Shown here: positions 44,841-52,783 of the stretch, piece after piece | How the letters are laid out: the number at the start of each line of letters is the position of its first letter | Position numbering within the stretch: position 1 is the first letter of the stretch | IMG/VR virus record: IMGVR_UViG_3300018022_000004 | Reading direction: 5' to 3' (one strand) | DNA: 64,000 nucleotides | Source of the DNA: a virus | Translations under genes and position numbers: made by a program | The notes under the pieces: model-generated | What the model was told of the DNA's origin: nothing | Database searches by the model: none | The model's input: the letters and a program-made list of their open reading frames with translations, nothing else

Positions 44841-45045
44841 GCCCGTGTATGCGAACAGGCACAGCGGCGTACAACGAAGAGAACGCCTCGGTAGGAGCGA
44901 GTTGCGGAGGAACCGAAAGGGGCGGGACGCCCGGAGGCCAGGGACAATCTGGCCACCCTACGGGGTGTAGGGAATCACGTTATCGCCTACCGAAGCAGTC
45001 CCCGCAAGGGACTGTATGCGGGTTCGATTCCCGCCACGGGCACCA
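44841..45045 (+). ncRNA. 205-nt tRNA-Leu-like RNA with a 106-nt inserted domain
   Basis: GCCCGTG/CACGGGC acceptor, A73, CCA; Leu-type D arm; long V arm; canonical T arm; non-canonical anticodon arm. Confidence 0.7.
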
Positions 45046-45048
45046 AGC

Positions 45049-45121
45049 TGGACGCCAGAGATGCGGGTCCGAATCCCGCAGGCACACCGTGCTGCGTAGC
45101 CTTGATGGTAGCAGTGGCCAG
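45049..45121 (+). ncRNA. second permuted tRNA-like module
   Basis: T arm GCGGG-TCCGAAT-CCCGC, closed hairpin, D-like loop with GG, flanks CTGG..CCA/TGGCCAG. Confidence 0.4.
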
Positions 45122-45179
45122 GCTCCTAGGCACCTGGCCGTGCCTTCGTTCAACAGGAAGGACGCTGGCCCTGTTTCCA

Positions 45180-45254
45180 GGCCTGGTAAGCTAACTGGCA
45201 AACTGCCGGTCTCCAAAACCGGACTTAGGGGTTCAAATCCTCTCCAGGTCGCCA
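45180..45254 (+). tRNA. tRNA-Trp(CCA)
   Basis: Loop CTCCAAA; G73 CCA. Confidence 0.92.
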
Positions 45255-45259
45255 AGTCT

Positions 45260-45463
45260 ATGGAAGAAGGGATGCTAGCAGAAGCGTTCGGGAGAATCCT
45301 GAGGTTCCCCCTCAGCCCGGAGGTCGTGATAGTGGGCAGGGAGGTATGGGACAGGCTGCCCGAGGCCGAGGCCCGGATTGTGGAGTTCGACGGGTTCAGG
45401 CACCTGGCGGCTGAGCATAACGGCACCCTCTTCCTCCACCCCCTCTCGGAGGCGGGCGACTGA
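45260..45463 (+). CDS. small hypothetical protein within the tRNA array
   Basis: 67-aa ORF between the two Trp tRNAs. Confidence 0.45.
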   Translation: MEEGMLAEAFGRILRFPLSPEVVIVGREVWDRLPEAEARIVEFDGFRHLAAEHNGTLFLHPLSEAGD

Positions 45464-45470
45464 CTATTGC

Positions 45471-45557
45471 AGGGGCGTGGCCCAGCGGCAACGGCAGCGG
45501 TCTCCAAAACCGCCACGCTACGGCGTTTCGGGGGTTCGAGTCCCTCCGCCCCTGCCA
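45471..45557 (+). tRNA. tRNA-Trp(CCA) with long variable arm
   Basis: Loop CTCCAAA; V arm ACGC-TACG-GCGT; G73 CCA. Confidence 0.85.
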
Positions 45558-45559
45558 AC

Positions 45560-45582
45560 TTTCTGAGGTATTATATAGGTGA
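45560..45582 (+). promoter_or_regulatory. internal promoter
   Basis: GAGGTATTATATAG, identical to the 41821-41834 core. Confidence 0.6.
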
Positions 45583-45618
45583 GCGGTTTTCTGTGCCCCT
45601 TAGTAGGGGGGACGACCT

Positions 45619-46170
45619 ATGAGCCACGACTGCCTGATACTCGACATGAACTGGACGCCGGTCGGCTTCTGCTCCTGGCAGGAGGCGGTCAGGCTGTGGG
45701 TAAAGGACCGTGCCCGGATAGTCAAGGAGGACGAGGCGGGCAGGGTGCTGCACAGCCCCTCCTTCGAGATGGGCATGCCCAGGGTCATCCGGGTGCGGAA
45801 CGCCTGGGTACGGCGCAGGCGGCAGTCCGTCCCCTGCACGAGGCGCAACCTGTTAGTCCGTGACAACGCCGCCTGCCAGTACTGCGGCAGGACCATCAGG
45901 ACGCACGAGTACACCACGGACCACGTCGTGCCCATCTGCCAGGGCGGAAGGACGACCTGGGAGAACACGGTCACGGCATGTATGAAGTGCAACAAGCACA
46001 AGGGCGGCAGGACGCCGGAGCAGGCGGGCATGGAGCTTCTCAGCACGCCCAAGGCCCCCAAGGCAGCGGACCCCCGCTTCAACTTCAAGCTGCACATCAA
46101 GACCATGCGGCCGGAGTGGAAGGACTGGGAGTCCTGGCTGTACTGGAACGCCGTCTTAGACAAGGAGTAA
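45619..46170 (+). CDS. HNH endonuclease
   Basis: CQYCG...TDHVVP...GG.TTWEN.VTAC.KCN..KG. Confidence 0.9.
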   Translation: MSHDCLILDMNWTPVGFCSWQEAVRLWVKDRARIVKEDEAGRVLHSPSFEMGMPRVIRVRNAWVRRRRQSVPCTRRNLLVRDNAACQYCGRTIRTHEYTTDHVVPICQGGRTTWENTVTACMKCNKHKGGRTPEQAGMELLSTPKAPKAADPRFNFKLHIKTMRPEWKDWESWLYWNAVLDKE

Positions 46171-46221
46171 GGCTCGTGGCCCCGTGGGCCAGCCATATAC
46201 GGGGCACAAGATTAGAGTTCC

Positions 46222-46298
46222 ACCCCTGTAGCTCAGCGGACTAGAGTGCCGGTCCTCTAAACCGGGTGACGTGGGTCCGAATCCCACCAGGGGTACCA
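46222..46298 (+). tRNA. tRNA-Arg(TCT) with C33
   Basis: CCGGT-CCTCTAA-ACCGG; CCA. Confidence 0.88.
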
Positions 46299-46332
46299 AG
46301 ATGCCCTAAAGCCAGGGCGAAGGAGCAAGCCT

Positions 46333-46608
46333 ATGCACATACGGTCCCAAGCGCTGGCAGTAGTGGTAGTCCTTTTCGTGCTGGCAGTCGTGCTCCTGTG
46401 GCCGGTAAAGCGCCCGGCGAGCCACTGCCCAAAGCCAGCAGGCGGATGCAGGACGTCCGTGCAGTCGAAGGGGGGAGACGACGATGTCCCCCTGGCATAC
46501 TGGATAGTGATTACCTCGTCCGCCGAGGAAGAAGCAGTGCAGGAAGAGGAGACGCCATCGGATACCGACGTTGATGCTGGCGACGCCGGGGATGGCGGCG
46601 GAGACTAA
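46333..46608 (+). CDS. small membrane/secreted protein with acidic tail
   Basis: GGAG SD; N-terminal hydrophobic helix. Confidence 0.5.
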   Translation: MHIRSQALAVVVVLFVLAVVLLWPVKRPASHCPKPAGGCRTSVQSKGGDDDVPLAYWIVITSSAEEEAVQEEETPSDTDVDAGDAGDGGGD

Positions 46609-46614
46609 GGTTTT

Positions 46615-46690
46615 GGCCCCGTAGCTCAGCGTATAGAGCGGCCGCCTCCTAAGCGGCAGGTCGTGGGTTAGACTCCCACCGGGGCTTCCA
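46615..46690 (+). tRNA. tRNA-Arg(CCT), T loop TTAGACT
   Basis: Loop CTCCTAA; A56; CCA. Confidence 0.88.
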
Positions 46691-46707
46691 TTTTACCAGG
46701 AGGACAG

Positions 46708-46929
46708 ATGGCGGGGACGGGGACGACTAGCACGGCATGGTTCGGCTTCTGGCTCGGGGCTGGCCTGACAGGAGCGTTCATCCTGCTTATGGCCCTGCTC
46801 CGCTACGGCTGGAAGGGGCTGGAGTGGCTCCTCCGTTCGTCCTCGTACAGGCCCGTCGCCTGCCTGCTCCTGGGGATGCTTTTCCTGGGGGCCTACAGGC
46901 TCCTCAGGAGGAGGCTAGGCCAGCAGTAG
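46708..46929 (+). CDS. small two-TM membrane protein
   Basis: AGGAGG SD; hydrophobic. Confidence 0.6.
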   Translation: MAGTGTTSTAWFGFWLGAGLTGAFILLMALLRYGWKGLEWLLRSSSYRPVACLLLGMLFLGAYRLLRRRLGQQ

Positions 46930-46935
46930 ATGCGT

Positions 46936-47014
46936 GTCCCCGTAGCTCAGCCCGGACTAGAGCAGCGGTTTCCTAAACCGAAGGCCGCAGGTTCAAATCC
47001 TGCCGGGGATACCA
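46936..47014 (+). tRNA. tRNA-Arg(CCT), second
   Basis: Loop TTCCTAA; CCA. Confidence 0.93.
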
Positions 47015-47191
47015 AGACCCAGGGAGGAGACATGCAGCCGCCGGACCCCGAGAGGCTTGCCCGCACCAGGGGCGTCTTCCCTATCGACCCCCGCACGCCA
47101 GTATACCCAGTAGAGTTCGAGTTCGTCTGCCCCAAGGAGGATTCCATGGCATTCATACCCCATGCCGGGTGAAGAGACCGGCATCGGAAGG

Positions 47192-47452
47192 ATGACAGCC
47201 ATGAAGCACCCCCGTTCGAGGGCCGAGCGCAGGCACGTGCGCCTCGGCTGGATGTCCCGCCGCCGCTACATCATAGAGCATGTCTGGAGGAGCCACGGGT
47301 GGAAGCCCCAGTGGGGGAGGTTTGCCAAGTGGAACCTCAACTGCGGCTGCCGGAGCTGCCACTACAGCAAGTACGGGGAGAGGCGAAAGCGCCGTCGCTC
47401 CCTGGACCTGGCAGTGGCCCAGGGCCTCGTGGACTACCTACCGCCTCTGTAG
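47192..47452 (+). CDS. Arg-rich basic small protein with CGCRSC
   Basis: Coding-like; GGAAGG SD. Confidence 0.5.
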   Translation: MTAMKHPRSRAERRHVRLGWMSRRRYIIEHVWRSHGWKPQWGRFAKWNLNCGCRSCHYSKYGERRKRRRSLDLAVAQGLVDYLPPL

Positions 47453-47651
47453 GGCTATCCAGGCCCTCAGCAGGGCTATCTGCACGTGCCTGAGGGCAAT
47501 CCTGGCCTCTGCCCAGTCCACCTGGAGCTTCAGCCATACCATCCTGAGGAACAGCCTTGCATTCTCCATAGCCCATCCTGACATTGCCGTTATCACATCA
47601 GCCTGACAACGGGGCACTCAGCTTCCTGTACCTTGACAGCGCAGCACTCAG

Positions 47652-47951
47652 CTAGAAGGGCCAGTCCCCGGCCTGCCCCAGGGCAGGCATGGGCAGGGCA
47701 GGGGGACGCTTGAGGCGGGCCAGAAGCTCGGCAGCCTGCCTCTCCTGCTCCGCCCTGGCGCTGCACCCGCAAGGCTCGCATATGGCAGGGCGCTCCTTCC
47801 CGTCTTTGCATATCCATACCCAGGTGCGCCCGCCCTTGAACACCGAGGCGTGCTCGCACATGTAGCATCCGCCGCAGCGTGAGCACCTGCGCAGGGGCCA
47901 CCCGCACCCCCAGCACTTCTCGTCGTGCTGGGGGCAGTCAGCCCTTGGCAT
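47652..47951 (-). CDS. Cys-rich small protein
   Basis: Several CxxC motifs. Confidence 0.55.
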   Translation of the reverse strand: MPRADCPQHDEKCWGCGWPLRRCSRCGGCYMCEHASVFKGGRTWVWICKDGKERPAICEPCGCSARAEQERQAAELLARLKRPPALPMPALGQAGDWPF

Positions 47952-48201
47952 GCCTTCCCCCCGCCTTCCTCCACCTCCTGAGCGCCCCCATCACCTGCCG
48001 CCTCTCCATGGCCAGGGCGTCCAGGCACTCCGACCTCTCGGGGGTCCCGGGCACGGTCGAGCCGAGCACGGACTTCCTGCCTGCGCAGTACCCGGCCTCG
48101 AACAGCTTCCCAAGGTCCTTGGCCAGCAGCCGGACGTGCGCCGAGTTGGGCGCACGGCAGTGGCTCAGCACGTCCATGCACGTGCCCAGGAACCAGCTCA
48201 T
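47938..48201 (-). CDS. hypothetical protein
   Basis: MSWFLGTC... 87 aa; overlap coupling. Confidence 0.5.
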   Translation of the reverse strand: MSWFLGTCMDVLSHCRAPNSAHVRLLAKDLGKLFEAGYCAGRKSVLGSTVPGTPERSECLDALAMERRQVMGALRRWRKAGGRHAKG

Positions 48202-48644
48202 GCGCCCTCCCCCTGGCCGCTGCCGCCGCCGAGGGCCCAGGGCCAGTACATCCTCGCTGTCCGGCAGGAGTTCCACCACACGTGCCGGGCGAAGGAGACA
48301 AGCCTCCCCCAGGCCCATGCCCGCAGGGAGAACGGGTAGGGCTGGCGAGGCTCCAGGTAGGTGTCCACGAGCCTGCCGTACTCTGCCGCCCAGTTGCCGC
48401 CGTGGTAGTGGTTGTGCATAGGCCCCTCGGGCTGCTGGTAGAGGGCATGGGCGACCTCGTGCAGGAAGATGGCAGGCCTGCTGCCCGTCCAGACCTTGAC
48501 GGTCTCTATGGGGGTCCAGCAGTAAGGCTCGCCGTCCCGGACCTTCCACTCCTCCAGGCCCTCCTTCTCCAGTATCCCCAGCCTCCACTCCCGGAGGCCG
48601 TCGGTTATCTCTTGACAAGAACTACGACTTCTTGATGCATCCAT
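48198..48644 (-). CDS. HExxH (SprT-like) metallopeptidase; start uncertain
   Basis: FLHEVAHAL...H...W. Confidence 0.55.
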   Translation of the reverse strand: MDASRSRSSCQEITDGLREWRLGILEKEGLEEWKVRDGEPYCWTPIETVKVWTGSRPAIFLHEVAHALYQQPEGPMHNHYHGGNWAAEYGRLVDTYLEPRQPYPFSLRAWAWGRLVSFARHVWWNSCRTARMYWPWALGGGSGQGEGA

Positions 48645-49427
48645 ATGGGAAAGCCAATATACCTGTACAGGTATGCTCACCCTCTATTACCAGGGCAGTG
48701 GGTATATGTAGGGCAAACTAGGTTTCCAAGGAAGCGTGACCTGGACCATCGCACAGGGAGGTCCCACTTCGGAAGAAAGTTCAAGAGGCTATACCCAGGC
48801 CTTATGCTGCCGTGCATGGACACGGGGTGGTGCGAGCCGACCGACAACAAGCAGGAGGCGGATGAGGCGGAGACAGTGGCCATGTTCCAGTTCCATACAT
48901 GGTATGCCTACCCCGGAGGCATGAACAAGACCCTGCCAGGGTTCCAGGATTATGAGAACCCCGGTCGCATAGGCGGTCTAATCGGAGGCCATATAACCAA
49001 GGCCCTGGGGACGGGAATCTTTGGAGTTCCCCCTGGAAGGAGGTTTGAGATAGCGAGCAAGGTAGGTAAGGCAATGAAGGAAAAGAAGATGGGAATCTTC
49101 GGGATACCCTCAGAGGAACACAGCCGGAACAGTCATGTCGGGGGAAGCAGAGCCGCAAAGACCAATAAAAAGAACAAGACTGGAATTTTTGGCATGACTA
49201 TAGCCCAGAGGTCAGAAGCAGGAAAGAAGGGTGGGGCGATAGCTATCCGTAAGATGCCCCAAGAGGCAAGGGTACGAGGAGGAAAGGCTGTAGGTACAAA
49301 GACTGGTCCTATACAAGGCAAGAAGAACGCAGAAAGCGGACTGATGGATGTTGCCAGGTGCATGCGGTGGAATGTGAACCGTGGGAGACCCTGCATATGC
49401 GGCAGACACAGTAATAGAAGCCTATGA
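48645..49427 (+). mobile_element. free-standing GIY-YIG-like homing endonuclease gene
   Basis: IYLY...YVGQT...R...H N-domain; GGK/GG repeats; visibly lower GC than flanks. Confidence 0.7.
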
Positions 49428-49753
49428 GGCTATCCCAGGTCACGGTAAGGAGAAACGATAACAATACCGACGTGCAGATGCACCTCCGCCACGACAGGCT
49501 GGAGGCCTTCTGCGGCATTGTACCCCCGGAGAGGCCTCCGTCCACGGACAGGATGCCGGGGTTCTCGGGCATGGCCGGGCTGGGGCTTAGCACCATCTTC
49601 GCCGACATCCCCTGCAAGTTCCCCATCATCGACCTGGCGAGGTTCCTGGCCAGCCAGGCGGGCACCGGGAGCATAGCGGAGGTAGAGGCCAGGTTGGAGG
49701 CCATGGGGAGGACGGTGCCTGCGATAGACTGCGAGGGCAACGACATCCTATAA
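49424..49753 (+). CDS. hypothetical protein
   Basis: ATGA overlap. Confidence 0.6.
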   Translation: MRLSQVTVRRNDNNTDVQMHLRHDRLEAFCGIVPPERPPSTDRMPGFSGMAGLGLSTIFADIPCKFPIIDLARFLASQAGTGSIAEVEARLEAMGRTVPAIDCEGNDIL

Positions 49754-49791
49754 GGCATGTGTCTAAGGTTGCAGGACACATAGGAGGTTAG

Positions 49792-51411
49792 GTGGACAAG
49801 TCAATAGAGAGACTGCTAGGGATTGCAGGAGATGAAAAGCGCATCTATAGGTTCTTGGGCAGCGAGGTAGAAGAAGAAGAATATCAGTACTGCCAGCTTT
49901 TAGACCAGCTTGTGTTTGGTGAGAAAGGCTATGTGGAGACCCTGGGCCAGACCTGGGACATGATACACGACCCCCGCTTCATGCGCATCGAGAGCGCCTT
50001 CATCGTCAACCGCAAGGCCTACTTCGGGGGGGACGCCCGCCAGGGCAAGCAGTACATGTCCAGCGACGGCGTCTTCGTGAGCACCATCGCCGACCTGGAG
50101 CAGTACTCGGAGGTCCTCGGGGAGGGGCGGCACTTCTGGTGCTGCATCGTCCATCCCGAGGAGGGCTGCCCGGTACGGAAGTGGCACGAGCGCATCTACT
50201 CGGCCGGCAGCGGCGGCCGGCAGCCAAGGCCCGGCGGCCTGTCCTGCACGTGCAAGCCGGGGGGCCTCATCCTGTACCCCAACGACACCGTGCCCGAGCA
50301 GGTGACAGACCCGCACGGGCTCAAGGACGCCTCGGAGGGCCTCCTGTGGGCGCTCGTCAGGAGGGAGTGCCCCAACTACTTCACCCAGAAGGATGCCCCC
50401 AACGCCATGGCGAAGAGGCTGTTCGACCTCTTCCGGGCGGACCTGGTGGGGCTTATCGCCGACTATACCCCCACCCCCCTCGTGGACGCCTACATCGAGC
50501 TGGATTCCGGGGACGTGGTGAAGGGGGCGGAGAGGAAGCAGGATGCCGAGGAGGAGGGGATGGCCCCGGAGCCTCCCCCGCAGGTCTTCCTGGAGGTTGA
50601 CCTGCTGGAGAAGGCCCTGACCTACCGGGCGACCATGCGGGCCACGGCGGCCAGGATACTGGACTCCCTGCACTTCGACAAGATTCTCAAGGGCATGGCG
50701 GGCAGCGACCCGAGGCTGACGGACCTGGAGCGTGACACCCTGCTGCGCATGGTCTACCAGTCGGAGTGGCCCGAGGGCAGGGCTAAGCTGATGACGGACC
50801 TCCTGTCCTACGTCGCCTACGTGACGAGGGAGCCCTACGAGGAGCGCCTGGAGGATCAGCTAGAGGAGGCGTCGGAGGACGCCCTGGACGCCTGCCGTGC
50901 CCTCCAGCAGGGCGAGCTGGAGCCTATCAACTCCTACACGGAGCCGACCGTGGAGGTGCAGCTCGACCAGCACGCCGCCGTGATGGAGGCCATCCTGCGC
51001 AACCCGCTCAAGCAGGAGCTATTCCTGGTGTGGGTGGAGGCGGAGAGGCGGGGCGACATCGGCAACAGGGACGAGACGGACAGGCTCAACATGAGCAGGC
51101 TGTACTCCATCCTTACCCCCGTCTTCACCGACCCGGACTTCGACCTGGACGGGGAGGGGTTCTGGGGGTACATGGACCAGGCAAAGAGGCTGGGGTACTA
51201 CAGCACGCTGGGCGTCAGGGCCCCCGTGGAAGGGAGCTTCGTTACCAGCGAGGAGGACTTCCGGCGCAGCCGGGCGCAGCGGGAGGCCAGGGGGGAGAAG
51301 AGGGTGCCCCTGCCCTCGGAGGAGGAAAAAAGAGATGACACCAGAACAGAGAAAGGCCCTGACCCTGACGGAGGTACGGCAGGAGTTCCTGGAGTGGGTG
51401 AGAAAACGTAA
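49792..51411 (+). CDS. large hypothetical protein (539 aa)
   Basis: GGAGG SD and GTG; Cys cluster; acidic. Confidence 0.75.
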   Translation: MDKSIERLLGIAGDEKRIYRFLGSEVEEEEYQYCQLLDQLVFGEKGYVETLGQTWDMIHDPRFMRIESAFIVNRKAYFGGDARQGKQYMSSDGVFVSTIADLEQYSEVLGEGRHFWCCIVHPEEGCPVRKWHERIYSAGSGGRQPRPGGLSCTCKPGGLILYPNDTVPEQVTDPHGLKDASEGLLWALVRRECPNYFTQKDAPNAMAKRLFDLFRADLVGLIADYTPTPLVDAYIELDSGDVVKGAERKQDAEEEGMAPEPPPQVFLEVDLLEKALTYRATMRATAARILDSLHFDKILKGMAGSDPRLTDLERDTLLRMVYQSEWPEGRAKLMTDLLSYVAYVTREPYEERLEDQLEEASEDALDACRALQQGELEPINSYTEPTVEVQLDQHAAVMEAILRNPLKQELFLVWVEAERRGDIGNRDETDRLNMSRLYSILTPVFTDPDFDLDGEGFWGYMDQAKRLGYYSTLGVRAPVEGSFVTSEEDFRRSRAQREARGEKRVPLPSEEEKRDDTRTEKGPDPDGGTAGVPGVGEKT

Positions 51412-51544
51412 TGAGATGACAGACCTCGTTCCTGTGCTGCAATATGTGGAGTGGCTGGAAAGGCTAGCCGGGTGCCCGCACCTGGATGAACTCAAGGCAG
51501 CGGCCGGAAGGCAGGGGGAGCATTTCTAAGGCCAGGAGGGCAGC

Positions 51545-51739
51545 ATGGCGCTATGCACAGAGCTGGGGTTCGGCTCCTACACGCCCCGGCAGGCGAAGGC
51601 ATACGAGGACAGACTGGACGAGCTGGCCAGGAAGCACGGCAGCAGGCCGGGATGGCTCAGGAGGCTGGTAGGAAAGAGGGTAATCACCGAGGGAGAGTAT
51701 GACCGGCTGGTGGCCTTCATAGACTGGGACAACGCATAG
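51545..51739 (+). CDS. small hypothetical protein
   Basis: AGGAGG SD. Confidence 0.55.
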   Translation: MALCTELGFGSYTPRQAKAYEDRLDELARKHGSRPGWLRRLVGKRVITEGEYDRLVAFIDWDNA

Positions 51740-51749
51740 GGAGGCAGGA

Positions 51750-52055
51750 ATGGCAATCGTGACGTACGAGCACCATGGGGCGACAGTATTCGTGGATGAG
51801 AGGCTGAAGGGGAGGCACCGGGAGCACTGCCTTTGTTTCAGGTGCGAGAGCTTCAGGCCGGGGACGCCGGGCAACTGCCCCAAGGCGCAGAGGCTATACC
51901 AGCTCTGCGTGGAGGAGAACATGACCACGCCGGTGTTCGAGTGCCCGGTGTACATAGGGATGCGGTTCCCGACGATACTCAAGGAGCCGCCCAAGGCACC
52001 ACCGGCAGGGGGGCCGCTGGCGGGCGACATCCACGCCGACTACAACTACGAGTAG
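51750..52055 (+). CDS. Cys-containing hypothetical protein
   Basis: HCLCFRC...CPK...CV...ECP. Confidence 0.6.
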   Translation: MAIVTYEHHGATVFVDERLKGRHREHCLCFRCESFRPGTPGNCPKAQRLYQLCVEENMTTPVFECPVYIGMRFPTILKEPPKAPPAGGPLAGDIHADYNYE

Positions 52056-52061
52056 GGGACC

Positions 52062-52370
52062 ATGGGATACGAGATACCCGAAGGGACGGTAGAGCTGGAC
52101 GGCAGGGTGTACAGGCGGAAGCCCTGGCAGGGGAACAGGAGGTGCTCCGCCCTGATACAGGTAGGCACCCTGGAGAGCGTAGCAGGCCCGGACGGGAAGC
52201 CCACGGGGGAGAGGAAGTTCGTCCCGAGGAGGGACGCCATGACCTCCGACCCCCTGAAGGCATCCAAGGCGAGGGCCAGGGTGAAGAAGCCCAAGGCCGA
52301 GGCCCCCAGACCGGAGGCGAAGAAGAGGCCGGAGAGCAGCAAGCCCTCCCCGACCCCCGGAAGGAGGTAG
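52062..52370 (+). CDS. basic hypothetical protein
   Basis: 102 aa. Confidence 0.55.
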   Translation: MGYEIPEGTVELDGRVYRRKPWQGNRRCSALIQVGTLESVAGPDGKPTGERKFVPRRDAMTSDPLKASKARARVKKPKAEAPRPEAKKRPESSKPSPTPGRR

Positions 52371-52374
52371 GCAG

Positions 52375-52584
52375 ATGGATGCCAGGTACTACGTGGTAGG
52401 GACAGGCGCAGGGGTACCCCTGGTGCTGGAGGAGAGGCTGATAGCCCATACGCTGGAGTGCTACCAGTGCGACGGGCTGGTCGCCTACGCCCGCATGGAG
52501 GAGCACTTCCAGTCCCACCTGTTCGAGAGAAGCTCGGCACGCAATACCGGCATGGCCGTCCGGCTGGGGGAGTTTGTGGCGTAA
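52375..52584 (+). CDS. small hypothetical protein
   Basis: GGAGG SD. Confidence 0.5.
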   Translation: MDARYYVVGTGAGVPLVLEERLIAHTLECYQCDGLVAYARMEEHFQSHLFERSSARNTGMAVRLGEFVA

Positions 52585-52783
52585 AGAGCCGACATGCAGG
52601 TTGGACGACTAGCCTGCGGTGTATCACCTCATAAAAGTCGTCTAGGCACAGCGCCGGAGCCTCCCTGCTGTGGGAGGGGGCGGCGAAGCGGGCAGGGGGG
52701 TGCCGGCCAGTGACCGGAGCAGCGATAACCCCCAGGCCTGCGGGGGTCTGCGGCTCAACCCCGCCACCAGACTGGAGCATACA

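Noticed and set aside
44888-44993. Group I/II or bulge-helix-bulge intron in a tRNA
   Set aside because: Too short, lacks core motifs, and excision does not rebuild a canonical anticodon arm.
44841-45045. tmRNA
   Set aside because: No G3-U70 Ala identity, a real D stem is present, it is too short, and no tag ORF was recognised.
52590-52780. Riboswitch upstream of the second radical SAM-like gene
   Set aside because: GC-rich hairpins are present, but no family motif or expression platform was recognised.
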